DNA of 64,000 nucleotides from Gemmatimonadota bacterium (lineage in GTDB: Bacteria; Gemmatimonadota; Gemmatimonadetes; Gemmatimonadales; GWC2-71-9): NCBI GenBank assembly GCA_003222135.1, contig QHUM01000046.1:1664-65663 (forward strand), given 5' to 3'. The translations under genes and the position numbers were made by a program. Below the pieces are notes generated by a model, which was not told the DNA's origin, ran no database searches, and saw only the letters and a program-made list of their open reading frames with translations. Below are positions 33,385 through 42,918 of the stretch, one piece after another (within the stretch, counting starts at the first letter, position 1; each line of letters starts with the position of its first letter).

Positions 33385-33399
33385 GCAGGAGGGGGGCCA
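33385..33399 (-). promoter_or_regulatory. sigma54-like -24/-12 element upstream of the TPR lipoprotein gene
   Basis: On the minus strand TGGCCCCCCTCCTGC has GG and GC 10 nt apart. It lies about 37 nt upstream of ATG 33348 and directly downstream of a sigma54-dependent activator gene. Confidence 0.3.
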
Positions 33400-33514
33400 G
33401 CAAGCGACGGTCAGCTATCAGCCGTCGGCACAATCAGTTGTGGGAAACGGCGAGGGCGGTCGTGTCCGGGTGGACACGCGATCAGATGGCGCAACGTGTT
33501 GGTGGGGACACGCG

Positions 33515-34885
33515 CTACTCGCGGCTGATGCCATGCCTCCGCATGATCTTCAGCAGACTCGCGTGATCGGACAGGCCCAGCTCCTCTGCGGTCTTCGTGA
33601 TGTGCCAATCGTTACGCTCCAGCGCCGCCACGATGATGCGCCGCTCGGCCTCAGCCTTGAGTGCGTGGAAGCTGGTAGGCAGCGGGCCGGGACTCGCTCC
33701 GGGCGCGACGCTCCCAGCGCCGTCCCGTATCTCGGCGGGCACGTCATCGAGCGCGATCACGTCCGTGTCGGTCGCGATGATCATGCGCTCCACGACATTC
33801 CGCAGCTCGCGGACGTTGTTCCGTTTCCACTCGTAGGCCAGCAGTGACTCGAGCGCCGCTCCCTCGACCTTCTTGGGACGCACCCCGAAGCGCGCGCAGG
33901 TAGTCGTGACGAGCTGCTCGACCAGTGCCGGGAGGTCGGACAGCCGCTCGCGCAGCGCCGGCACGCGCAACAGGTGCACGTTAAGCCGATACAGCAGATC
34001 TTGACGGAACCGCCCCGCGGCCACCTCCGCCTCGAGGTCGCGGTTGGTAGCGGCCACGACGCGCGCGTCCACGGTGATCGTACGGTTCCCGCCCAGTCGG
34101 CTGACCTGCCGCTGCTCGATCACCCGCAGCAGCTTCGCCTGCGCGGGCAGGGGCAGCTCGCCGATTTCGTCGAGGAACAACGTGCCGCCCGCGGCCGCTT
34201 CGAACGCGCCCTTGCGGAGCACATTCGCGCCGGTGAAGGCACCGCGCTCGTGCCCGAACAGCTCGTCCTCGACCAGGCTCTCCGGGAGGGCACCGCTGTT
34301 CAAGGCGACGAACGGGCCGTTCGGGCTCGCTCCGAGGCGATGCAGCTCCCGGGCGACGAGCTCCTTCCCCGATCCACTCTCGCCCACGATCAAGACGGGA
34401 CTCGGAATCTTGGCGACGCGCGCGATCGCGTCCTTGAGCCGCCGCATGGCGGGGCTGGCGCCCACGAGGGGCGCGTCGGTGCCGGTGCGCTCGCGCAGGG
34501 CGGCGACCTGACCGACGAGGCGCTGTCGGGCGAGCGCGTTTTCGACCTCCTGCACGACCCGCTCCATCGGTTCGGCCTTGTCGATGAAGCTCTGGGCACC
34601 GAGCCGGATCGCCTGGGTGCAGCGATCGTAGTTGCCCGTCCCGGTGTAGACGATCACCGGGATGCGGAGGCTGCGTCGCTCCATCGCCCGCAAGACCTCG
34701 AAGCCGTCCATCCCCGGCATCTCGAGATCGAGGATGACGCAGTCCACGGGCTCGCGCTCGAGTGCTTCCAGGGCTTCCCGCCCGCCGTGCGCGACCAGCG
34801 CGTCGTACGCGCCGAGCCGTTTCAGATCGTAGGCGTACTGCTCCGCCATCGCGGGGACGTCGTCCACGACCAGGATGGTGGTCAC
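33515..34885 (-). CDS. sigma54-dependent response regulator (NtrC family)
   Basis: Receiver domain (ILDLEMPGMDG), AAA+ domain (GESGSGKE, GAFTGA, the ESELFGHE-like DELFGHERGAFTGA), and a C-terminal Fis-type HTH. Confidence 0.92.
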   Translation of the reverse strand: MTTILVVDDVPAMAEQYAYDLKRLGAYDALVAHGGREALEALEREPVDCVILDLEMPGMDGFEVLRAMERRSLRIPVIVYTGTGNYDRCTQAIRLGAQSFIDKAEPMERVVQEVENALARQRLVGQVAALRERTGTDAPLVGASPAMRRLKDAIARVAKIPSPVLIVGESGSGKELVARELHRLGASPNGPFVALNSGALPESLVEDELFGHERGAFTGANVLRKGAFEAAAGGTLFLDEIGELPLPAQAKLLRVIEQRQVSRLGGNRTITVDARVVAATNRDLEAEVAAGRFRQDLLYRLNVHLLRVPALRERLSDLPALVEQLVTTTCARFGVRPKKVEGAALESLLAYEWKRNNVRELRNVVERMIIATDTDVIALDDVPAEIRDGAGSVAPGASPGPLPTSFHALKAEAERRIIVAALERNDWHITKTAEELGLSDHASLLKIMRRHGISRE

Positions 34886-36561
34886 TCAGCCTCTCCCGGC
34901 AGCTCCACGATGAACGTGCTGCCCGCCCCGGGTGCAGTCTCGACTCGGAGCGCGCCGTTGGCGTCGAGCACCAGACGCCGCACGATCGAGAGGCCGAGGC
35001 CGGTGCCGTCCGGCTTGGTCGTGTAGAAATCGTCGAACGCCCGGTTCAACTCCTCCCGGCTCATTCCCCTGCCCGTGTCCGCGACGGTGATCCGCACGAC
35101 GGAGCTGTCGCCATCTCCACCGGCGCCCCGCGTGGTCCCGACGATCACGGTCCCCCCGGGCGACGCGAGGCTGTCGAGAGCGTTGCCGATCAGGTTCTCC
35201 AGGATTCTCCGCAGCACGAGGGGATCCGTGCGGACGGCCGGCAGCGCGTCCGCCAACACGCTCTTGAGCTCACCCCGACTCGCGTCGCTGACGCGACGGA
35301 TCGTCTCGCGGACGGCTGCGTTGACGTCGCACGGCTCGCGGGCCGGCTGCGGGTAGAGGCGGGCGTAGTTCGTGGCGAGGTTCTCGAGATACGAGATGCC
35401 GGACTCGATCGTCCCCTGACGGTCCCGCAACGCCGCCGCGAGCCGATCGGGCTCGCCGCGCGCGGCTTCGAGCAGGTGCCGGAACACGTTACGGATGGGG
35501 ATCAGCCCGTTCTTGATGTCGTGGTTCACCTGCCGCGCGAGGTCCCCCACGGCAATGCGCCGCTCGGCCTCTCGCAGCCGGGCGGCGCCGGCCCGGAGCC
35601 GCTGGGTCATCGCGCCGAGCAGCCGCGAGAGCGCGCCGATTTCGTCGGCGCGATCGCTCTCGAACGCGACGTCGAGGCGCTCCATGTCGATCTCGGCCGT
35701 GCGGCGCGCCAGCTCCCGCAGCGGCCGGCTGATCCAGTTGGACAGCCAGCTTGCGAGCAACAGGGCGATCGCGCCGGTGAGCAGCACCGCTGCCGCGAAC
35801 GCCGCGTCCACGCGCCGGCGCAGCGCGGCGAGGGGGGCGAGGGAGTGCGTGACCACGATCCGTGCTTCCCCCAGGCTCGGAGCATCGCGGAGGTCGACGA
35901 AGGGAACCGCGAGCGCGCTCACAACCTGTGCCGCCGAGTCGACGCGCGTGGGCGTGTCGGTGGGGAGGGCGAGGGAGACGGCCAGATCGGAGTCGGGAGC
36001 GAGCCGCGCCAGGAAGCCAGAGTCAACGGCCACGCCGCCCACCAGGGTGAGGCGCCGGCCGCCGAGGCGCAGCGAGTCGGCCCGTGCCAGCGCCAGCAGC
36101 GAGGCTTCGGCGGTGCGGGTCTCGACCAGCGCCATCCCGCCGGGCGCGGCCGCCAGCAAGCGCGGCAGCTCCGGCTCGACACGGTCGTATTCGTTGCGAA
36201 AGTGGCCCGAGCTGATGATGCGACCCTGATCGTCCTGCACTTGGAGCATTGCCAGACCGGTGACGCGCATGGCATTGCCGGCGTAGTCCAGGAGATACGC
36301 GCGATCGGCTCCTTGTAGCGCGGCGAGCCGGAACCGGTTGTCCGCCGCGATCGCGTCCTTCAACGCATCGAGCCGCGCGGCCGTCCCGGCACTGTCACGG
36401 CTCAGGTCGGCGCGGATCACGGCCACGAGCGAAGCCACGCGCCGCTGATACTCGGCGGTGAGGCGGCCCGCCATGTCCGCTCGCACGCGGAGCTCGAACA
36501 CGGCGAGGGGGAGGAGTACGATTAGCCCGAGCCCGATGAGGATCCGGGCGCGGAAGCTCAT
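34882..36561 (-). CDS. sensor histidine kinase (TM-periplasmic-HAMP-HisKA-HATPase)
   Basis: H-box NHDIKNGL, N box NLIGNALDS, and G boxes DTGRGM and GTGLGLS. Start at ATG 36561 forms an ATGA overlap with the upstream SBP gene. 4-nt overlap with the regulator. Confidence 0.85.
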   Translation of the reverse strand: MSFRARILIGLGLIVLLPLAVFELRVRADMAGRLTAEYQRRVASLVAVIRADLSRDSAGTAARLDALKDAIAADNRFRLAALQGADRAYLLDYAGNAMRVTGLAMLQVQDDQGRIISSGHFRNEYDRVEPELPRLLAAAPGGMALVETRTAEASLLALARADSLRLGGRRLTLVGGVAVDSGFLARLAPDSDLAVSLALPTDTPTRVDSAAQVVSALAVPFVDLRDAPSLGEARIVVTHSLAPLAALRRRVDAAFAAAVLLTGAIALLLASWLSNWISRPLRELARRTAEIDMERLDVAFESDRADEIGALSRLLGAMTQRLRAGAARLREAERRIAVGDLARQVNHDIKNGLIPIRNVFRHLLEAARGEPDRLAAALRDRQGTIESGISYLENLATNYARLYPQPAREPCDVNAAVRETIRRVSDASRGELKSVLADALPAVRTDPLVLRRILENLIGNALDSLASPGGTVIVGTTRGAGGDGDSSVVRITVADTGRGMSREELNRAFDDFYTTKPDGTGLGLSIVRRLVLDANGALRVETAPGAGSTFIVELPGEAE

Positions 36562-37865
36562 CGCGGCACGAGGCGGACGGCGCCGTCCCAGTCGACGCTG
36601 AGGCGCGGCAGACCACGGCGGACCAGCGCGTGTGTGCGCGTGTCGATGAGCGGCGTGACGGACCCGCGCGGCACCCACGCGGGCAGCTCTCGCGCCGCCG
36701 CGCAGGGATCGACCGTCCGGCGCCGGACCCGGAGCACGTACGCCGCCTCGGCTCCGCCCCGGAACGCGGTCTCGAATGCCGGGGGCGCGAGGCCCGCCAC
36801 GACTGCGCCGCGGCCCAGCGCGGCGAGGCCGACGAGGCGGGCGGCGAGGTCGCGCGCGTCGCGATCCGCTTGCTCGTACACGATGCGCCGTCGCGGTGGC
36901 GCCAGGGTCGGCGCGGCCGCGGCCGCGACGTCGCAGCGCTTGAGATCGGCCAACCAGAGCCCCCCATCATTTACTTGGGCGGCTCGCGCTTCGACGTGGA
37001 CCGCCTGCGGGAGGCTTTCCAGCCGCAGGGCGCCCAGCTCGAGGCCACTCGCTTCGGGCGCAAACAGCACGTACGTGTGATCCCACTCGAGCAGGGCGTC
37101 CTGATACTGGGGGCGGGTGCGCCCATATTCGAGCGCCGCAGGGTCGCTCGTGAGCAGGAGATCCACGTTCGCGTCGACGGCGTCGCGCGCCTCGCTCGCC
37201 GGTGCGACGGTGACCTTGAGGGCCGGAAGCCCGGCGCCCGCCATCGGACTCGCCCAGAGCGCGTCGGCCCCGCCCGCCGCCCCGGTCGTCCAGTACTGGC
37301 CGGTGCCGATCGGCCAACCACCACCCGGAGCGGACTTGGTCACCGCGAGCGCGGGGTCGGCGAAGCGTTGAAATGAGCGGCCGGACGGATCGATGCTGAG
37401 CGCTCGCTCGTCCAGCACCGCAATGGACTGCGCGAGACTCGAGTCGCGTGCCCGCCACGCAGTGAGCACGTCCCGCGCCGTCACCGGCGCACCGTCCCAG
37501 AACCGCGCATCAGATCGGAGCGTGACCGTCCAGCGCCCTGCGGCGCCCTGTTCCCAGGATCCGGCGAGCGCGGGCAGGACACGTCCCTGGCAGTCGACGT
37601 GGATCAACGTCTCGTACAGCTGCGCGAACAGGAACCGCTCGGCCACGTTGCGCGGCAGCGGCGCGTGGGCCGGGTCGACCGGCTCGGTCAGCGCGATCGT
37701 GACCGTGTCACGAGACGCCGGCCGGCCGGCCGCGATCAGACACGCCGTGTCCGCGTGGGCGAGGGCCGGCGCGAGCGGCGGCAGCTCGGCACGGGGCGCC
37801 GCCCCGCGGCACGCGGCCACGACGAGCATGCCGACGAGCAGGACCTGATGGTGCGCACGAATCAT
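36558..37865 (-). CDS. periplasmic solute-binding protein, family 5-like
   Basis: Signal/lipobox LVVAAC. FAQLYETLIHVDCQGRVLPALAGSWEQGAAGRWTVTLRSDARFWDGAPVTARDV matches the SBP_bac_5 N-lobe pattern. Confidence 0.65.
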   Translation of the reverse strand: MIRAHHQVLLVGMLVVAACRGAAPRAELPPLAPALAHADTACLIAAGRPASRDTVTIALTEPVDPAHAPLPRNVAERFLFAQLYETLIHVDCQGRVLPALAGSWEQGAAGRWTVTLRSDARFWDGAPVTARDVLTAWRARDSSLAQSIAVLDERALSIDPSGRSFQRFADPALAVTKSAPGGGWPIGTGQYWTTGAAGGADALWASPMAGAGLPALKVTVAPASEARDAVDANVDLLLTSDPAALEYGRTRPQYQDALLEWDHTYVLFAPEASGLELGALRLESLPQAVHVEARAAQVNDGGLWLADLKRCDVAAAAAPTLAPPRRRIVYEQADRDARDLAARLVGLAALGRGAVVAGLAPPAFETAFRGGAEAAYVLRVRRRTVDPCAAARELPAWVPRGSVTPLIDTRTHALVRRGLPRLSVDWDGAVRLVPR

Positions 37866-37869
37866 GGGG

Positions 37870-37923
37870 GGCTCGGGCTCCGGAGGCTCTGTCGAAGAAT
37901 ACAGAGGGCCGGAAGCCCGAGCC
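37870..37923 (-). other. 54-nt imperfect hairpin abutting the SBP start codon
   Basis: ggctcgggct/agcccgagcc (10 bp), ccgg/ccgg and ctctgt/acagag, with a small internal loop. The only GGAG near the ATG lies inside the 3' arm. Confidence 0.6.
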
Positions 37924-37934
37924 AGGACGGCGGG

Positions 37935-38330
37935 CTAGGCGCGCGGTTTGCGCATCATTAGCGCGAGCACGTTCCCCTCTGGATCCCGGAAGTCGGCCAG
38001 CCATAGCTCGTAGTCCGCCGCCCGGTGCACGAGGTGGGGTTCGGTAATGAACGCGACGCCCCGGCTGCGCAGCGTCGCGTGCGCGGCCGCGATGTCCGGC
38101 ACGAGGTAGTAGACGACCGACGCCGGATGATCGAGTTCGGGAGCCTCGGGGACGCCGAGCATGACGGTCGTCGCGCCGCATTGGAAGAACGCCATCTGAG
38201 GCGGCGCCTGGAACAGGAACGGCATGCCGAGCGTGTCGCGATAGAAGCGGACGGCGCGCTCGAGATCGCGGGCGCGGACGAAGATCTGGCCGATGGCGGA
38301 GAGACCGAACTGCTGGGTGGTGGCGGTCAT
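37935..38330 (-). CDS. VOC (glyoxalase/bleomycin-resistance/dioxygenase) family protein
   Basis: 131 aa with the VOC fold pattern: FVRARDLERAVRFYRDTLGM ... FRDPEGNVLAL. Confidence 0.8.
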   Translation of the reverse strand: MTATTQQFGLSAIGQIFVRARDLERAVRFYRDTLGMPFLFQAPPQMAFFQCGATTVMLGVPEAPELDHPASVVYYLVPDIAAAHATLRSRGVAFITEPHLVHRAADYELWLADFRDPEGNVLALMMRKPRA

Positions 38331-38333
38331 GCC

Positions 38334-39401
38334 TCACTCCTCGAGTGCCGGTTCCTGCTGCGTCAAACAATGGAGCGTCCCCAGCCCCCACACCAGATCC
38401 ACCGCGTGAATTCCCACCACCGGCCGGTCCGCGATCAGCTCGCCGAGCAGTCCGAGCGCGACCCGGTCGTTGGGATCGTTGAACGTCGGCACCACCACGG
38501 CGCCGTTCGCGATGTAGAAGTTGGCGTAGCTCGCGGGGAGCCGCTGGCCCTCGAAGTAGAGGGGCGCGGGCATCGGCAGCGGCACGACCTCGATCTTCGC
38601 CCCGTCCTCGAGCCGCATCCCCTCGAGCCGCTCGCGGTTCTCCTGCAGCGCCCGGTAGTTGGCGTCGCGGGAGTTGGTCTCGCTGCACAACACGACGGTG
38701 CGCGCCTCGACGAAGCGGCACAGATCGTCCACGTGCCCGTGCGTGTCGTCTCCCGCGATGCCCCGGCTGAGCCACAGCACGTTCGTCACGCCGAGGTGGT
38801 CACGCAGCACGCGCTCCAGCTCGACGCGCGACAGGCCGGGGTTCCGCACCTGCACCGCCGGGTCGAGCAGACACTGTTCGGTGGTGAGCAGGGTGCCCCT
38901 GCCGTTGACGTCGATGCTCCCCCCTTCCAGCACCACGTCGCGGTCGCCGGCCCGAGCGCGCAACAGCCGCAGTCCGAGCCGTTTCGCGACCCGCTCCGGC
39001 ACCTGGTCGTCCCGTTTCCAGTCGGGGTATTTCGCCCAGGCGTTGAAGCGGAACCGGGCGATCGCGACCTCGGGGCGGGGGCTCTCACGCCGCACGAACA
39101 GGGGCCCGAAGTCGCGGGTCCACCCGCGGTTCGTCGGGAAGCGGAAAAACTCGACGCGCGCCTGGTCCACACCGACCCGCTCCAGCACGCGCCGGGCCTG
39201 GCGCTCGTGCGCGGCCGAATTCACGAGAATACGTACCACTTCACCGGGCACGAGCTTGCGGACGATCTCGCCATACACCCACGGGATCGGTGCAAACTTG
39301 CCCGGCCAGTCGCTCGCGTTGTGCGGCCACCCGATCCAGGTGGCGTGGTGGGGCTCCCACTCGGCGGGCATGCGGAACCCGAGGGCGGCGGGGGAAGACA
39401 T
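38334..39401 (-). CDS. aguA: agmatine deiminase
   Basis: FRMPAEWEPHHATWIGWPH, GGSIDVNGRGTLLTTEQCLL, and the C-terminal GLGTLHCLTQQ with the catalytic Cys. Confidence 0.9.
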   Translation of the reverse strand: MSSPAALGFRMPAEWEPHHATWIGWPHNASDWPGKFAPIPWVYGEIVRKLVPGEVVRILVNSAAHERQARRVLERVGVDQARVEFFRFPTNRGWTRDFGPLFVRRESPRPEVAIARFRFNAWAKYPDWKRDDQVPERVAKRLGLRLLRARAGDRDVVLEGGSIDVNGRGTLLTTEQCLLDPAVQVRNPGLSRVELERVLRDHLGVTNVLWLSRGIAGDDTHGHVDDLCRFVEARTVVLCSETNSRDANYRALQENRERLEGMRLEDGAKIEVVPLPMPAPLYFEGQRLPASYANFYIANGAVVVPTFNDPNDRVALGLLGELIADRPVVGIHAVDLVWGLGTLHCLTQQEPALEE

Positions 39402-39425
39402 CGGGGAGCGGGGGAAGGGGGGCGG

Positions 39426-40328
39426 CTACGAGCGGTCGAGAAAGCGCTCGCCGATGCCGGCGTACGCGTCGATGCGCCGGTCCCGCAGGAACGGCCACCC
39501 CCGGCGCACCTCCTCGATGCGCCCGAGGTCGATCTCCCCGATCAGGATCGCCTCTCGATCCTGCGGCGCCTCGGTGAGGATCGCGCCGAACGGATCGGCG
39601 AGAAAGGACGAGCCCCAGAAGTCGATCCCGTCTCCCTCACGCGATCGCTCGAGGCCCACCCGGTTCACGGCCGCGACGTAGCATCCGTTGGCGATCGCGT
39701 GGCTCCGCTGGATCGTCCGCCAGGCGTCGAGCTGCGCGGCGCCGTGAGCGGCCTTCTCCTTGGGATGCCAGCCGATCGCCGTGGGATAGAAGAGAGTGGT
39801 GGCGCCCTGCAGCGCCGTGAGGCGCGCGCCCTCGGGATACCACTGGTCCCAGCACACCAGCGTTCCGATGCGACCGACGCGCGTGTCGAACGCCCGGAAG
39901 CCCAGGTCGCCGGGGGTGAAGTAGAACTTCTCGTAGTAGGCGGGATCGTCAGGGATGTGCATCTTTCGGTACGTCCCGACGATACGGCCGTCGGCGTCGA
40001 TCACCACCACGCTGTTGTGGTACAGCCCTGGCGCGCGTCGCTCGAACACCGGCGCGAGGACGACGACCCCCGACCGCTGGGCGGCCTTCCCCAGGACGTC
40101 GGTGGTCGGCCCGGGCACGGGCTCGGCGAGGTCGAACAACGCGGCATCCTCGTGCTGCGCGAAGTAGAGCGAGCGGAATAGCTCCGGCAGGCAGACCAGC
40201 TGCGCGCCGGCCGCCGCCGCCTCCTGGATCTTGGCGACCCCCTTCTTGAGGTTGGCGTCCGGATCGGCCGACATGCACATCTGGACGAGCCCGACCTTGT
40301 ATTTCGTCGGAGCCTGCGAGCCATTCAT
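39426..40328 (-). CDS. aguB: N-carbamoylputrescine amidase (nitrilase superfamily)
   Basis: KVGLVQM..., LVCLPELF (Glu), YRKMHIPDDP (Lys) and TLVCWDQWYPE (Cys). Start taken at ATG 40328. Confidence 0.9.
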   Translation of the reverse strand: MNGSQAPTKYKVGLVQMCMSADPDANLKKGVAKIQEAAAAGAQLVCLPELFRSLYFAQHEDAALFDLAEPVPGPTTDVLGKAAQRSGVVVLAPVFERRAPGLYHNSVVVIDADGRIVGTYRKMHIPDDPAYYEKFYFTPGDLGFRAFDTRVGRIGTLVCWDQWYPEGARLTALQGATTLFYPTAIGWHPKEKAAHGAAQLDAWRTIQRSHAIANGCYVAAVNRVGLERSREGDGIDFWGSSFLADPFGAILTEAPQDREAILIGEIDLGRIEEVRRGWPFLRDRRIDAYAGIGERFLDRS

Positions 40329-40417
40329 GGGGGAGAAGACTACTACGTTCGGGTCGAGCGCGCACCCGGCCGGGTCTCTCTTTACAACGGACCTGTGCGC
40401 TTGTCGATTCACATCCG

Positions 40418-41797
40418 ATGCGTAACGGCGTGCTCGAGCCGCTCCTGCGACGCGCGGAACTATGGTTCCGCCTGGTCACTCCGGTCGACCGACGTACCTA
40501 TCTCGCCACCGGCCTCGGCCTGATGGTGTTCAAGTACACGGTCGACGCCGGAGCCGTGTCTCTCGCGACCGGTCGCTTCTGGTCGCCGCTCGATTATCTG
40601 CTGCCCTTTTATCTGCTGCGTGCCGAGAAGCTCGCCGGTGCTCCCGCCTGGTTCCTTCCCGCGTTCGTCCTCTGGACGCTGCCGTTCCTGTGGATCGGCG
40701 TCGCCATGACGCTGCGGCGGGCGGTCGACGCCGGTCGTTCACCCTGGCTCGCGCTCGTCTTCTTCGTCCCGCTCTTCAATTACGTCGTGATGCTCGCGCT
40801 GTGCCGGCTCCCCACGGTGCCGCTCAGTCCCCGGGAGGAGCGCGCGGGCGGCCGGACGGTGGACGCACGGCCCGCCCTGGCACTGTACGGCATCGCGGCC
40901 GGTCTCGCGGTCGCCATCCCCGCGATTCTGTTGAACGTCTACGTGCTAGGTCGCTACTCGACGTCTTTGTTCTTAGGCACTCCGTTTACGCTCGGTGCCG
41001 TCACGGCCTATGTGTTCAACCGCGAGACGCGGCAGGGCGTCGGTGCCACGCTGCAGATCGTGACCGTCAGTCTCATGCTGCTGGCCGGTGCCATGCTGCT
41101 CTTCGCGCTCGAGGGTCTCGTCTGCGTGGCGCTCGCCTTGCCACTGGCGCTCGCGCTCGCGCTGCTGGGCGGGATCTTCGGGCGGGCGATCGCGCTCCAC
41201 GCGCCGGGCCGGACCGGCCATCTCGCGAGTCTGGTGCTCGCGGTTCCCCTGCTCGCCGGACTCGACGAAGCGCGCGGGCCGACTCCGCGCTACGAGGTGG
41301 ACGACTCCGTCGTGGTCGCCGCGCCCCCCGCGGCGGTGTGGCGCAACGTGGTGAGCTTCAGCGAGCTCGCCCCGCCCGCCGAGACGCTGTTCCAGTTGGG
41401 TATCGCCCACCCGATTCGCGCCCGGATTGACGGGGCGGGGGCGGGCGCCACCCGTCGCTGTGAATTCTCGACGGGGACGTTCGTCGAGCCGATCACCGAG
41501 TGGGAAGCCCCGAGCCGCTTGTCCTTCGACATCGCCGCGCAACCCGCACCGCTGCGCGAGCTGTCCCCCTACGGGACGATTGCGCCGCCGCATCTGCACG
41601 GCTACTTCCGGGCCCGGCGCGGCGCGTTCCGGTTGACGGCACTTCCGCGGGGCCGCACGCTGCTGGTCGGCGCCACGTGGTACGAGCTCGATATCGAGCC
41701 ACGGGGGTATTGGAAGGTTCCAGCGGACGCGATCGTATCGGCGATCCACCGGCGCGTCCTCCTGCACATCAAGCAACTCACGGAGGCAGGGTCATGA
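40418..41797 (+). CDS. membrane protein: DUF805-like N-terminal part, multi-TM middle, C-terminal SRPBCC-like domain
   Basis: LRRAVDAGRSPWLALVFFVPLFNYVVMLAL resembles the DUF805 core. The C-terminal 150 aa (VVAAPPAAVWRNVVSFSEL...WYELDIEPRGYW) has the SRPBCC ligand-binding pattern. Confidence 0.55.
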   Translation: MRNGVLEPLLRRAELWFRLVTPVDRRTYLATGLGLMVFKYTVDAGAVSLATGRFWSPLDYLLPFYLLRAEKLAGAPAWFLPAFVLWTLPFLWIGVAMTLRRAVDAGRSPWLALVFFVPLFNYVVMLALCRLPTVPLSPREERAGGRTVDARPALALYGIAAGLAVAIPAILLNVYVLGRYSTSLFLGTPFTLGAVTAYVFNRETRQGVGATLQIVTVSLMLLAGAMLLFALEGLVCVALALPLALALALLGGIFGRAIALHAPGRTGHLASLVLAVPLLAGLDEARGPTPRYEVDDSVVVAAPPAAVWRNVVSFSELAPPAETLFQLGIAHPIRARIDGAGAGATRRCEFSTGTFVEPITEWEAPSRLSFDIAAQPAPLRELSPYGTIAPPHLHGYFRARRGAFRLTALPRGRTLLVGATWYELDIEPRGYWKVPADAIVSAIHRRVLLHIKQLTEAGS

Positions 41798-42912
41798 AGC
41801 GTGCACTGGTCTGTGTGCCGGTCGCGGCGGCGCTCCTCGGGCCGCCGCTGGCTCACCGCGTCCCGGGGCAGGCGACGTGCGTCTCCCACCCGGCCGTGCC
41901 CGTGCCGCCGGTCTATGCGGCGACGGTCGCGCGCGCGCGCGCCCTGGTGTGCGACAAGCTCGCGGGGCGGATCAGCGGACTGCAGGTGGCGGTGGGGGTG
42001 GACGGCAAGCTCGTGTGGTCGGAGGGCTTCGGCTACGCGGATGTCGCGCGCAAAATCCCGGTCACGGCGGAGACGCAATTCCGGATCGGGAGCGTGTCCA
42101 AGCCCATCACCGCGGCGGCCGTGGCGCTGTTGTACGAACAGGGGAAGCTAGACCTCGACGCGCCCGTGCAGCGCTACGTGCCGTCGTTTCCGGATAAGGG
42201 CTTCCCGATCACCACGCGACAGCTCGCCGGGCACCTGGCCGGCATTCGGCACTATCGGGGCGACGAGTTCCTGCTCAACCGTCACTTCAACACCGTGCTC
42301 GAGGGACTCACCATTTTCCAGGGCGATTCGCTGCTGTTCCCCCCGGGCACGAAGTTCTCCTACTCGACCTACGGCTGGAACCTGATCTCTGCGGTGGTCG
42401 AAGGCGCGGCAGGGCAGGACTTCCTGAGCTACATGGGCCGGAACGTGTTCCGGCCACTGGGCATGACGCACACCGCGGCCGATCGTGTCGACAGCCTGAT
42501 CCCGAACCGCACCCGCTTCTACGAGCGCGGGGCCGACGGCGGGTTCGTCCTCACGCCGCCGGTGGACAACAGTTACAAGTGGGCGGGGGGCGGCTTCGTC
42601 TCCACCGCCGAGGACCTCGTGAAGTTCGGCTGGGCGATGCTCCGCCCGGGGTTTTTGAAGCCCGAGACGCTCGAGCTGCTGTTCACGTCACAGCGGACGA
42701 CCGCGGGGGAGCCGACCGGGTATGGCATCGGCTGGTTCGTGAGCACCGACAGCCTGGGCCACCGCTGGGTGTTCCACGGCGGCAGCTCGGTCGGGGGGAG
42801 CACGGCGTTCGGCGTGGACCGGGACTCGCGGATCGTCGTCGCGATCACGTCGAATCTGTCGGACGCGCCGCTCGAGCCGGGACAGGGGATCAGGGCGCTG
42901 TTCGACCGCTGA
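41794..42912 (+). CDS. serine hydrolase, beta-lactamase (class C/esterase) family
   Basis: Signal peptide, SxxK motif (GSVSKPITAAA) and YSTYGWN. ATG 41794 forms an ATGA overlap with the upstream stop. Confidence 0.85.
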   Translation: MKRALVCVPVAAALLGPPLAHRVPGQATCVSHPAVPVPPVYAATVARARALVCDKLAGRISGLQVAVGVDGKLVWSEGFGYADVARKIPVTAETQFRIGSVSKPITAAAVALLYEQGKLDLDAPVQRYVPSFPDKGFPITTRQLAGHLAGIRHYRGDEFLLNRHFNTVLEGLTIFQGDSLLFPPGTKFSYSTYGWNLISAVVEGAAGQDFLSYMGRNVFRPLGMTHTAADRVDSLIPNRTRFYERGADGGFVLTPPVDNSYKWAGGGFVSTAEDLVKFGWAMLRPGFLKPETLELLFTSQRTTAGEPTGYGIGWFVSTDSLGHRWVFHGGSSVGGSTAFGVDRDSRIVVAITSNLSDAPLEPGQGIRALFDR

Positions 42913-42918
42913 AGGCCG

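Noticed and set aside
39402-39425. G-rich tract GGGGAGCGGGGGAAGGGGGGCGG between aguB and aguA as a G-quadruplex regulator
   Set aside because: It is on the non-template-sense side: the mRNA carries the C-rich complement. It has only three long G-runs plus a GG. It is noted only as the reason aguA lacks a Shine-Dalgarno sequence.
38025-40181. 718-aa plus-strand ORF
   Set aside because: It is antisense to aguA and aguB, both of which have complete catalytic motifs on the minus strand.
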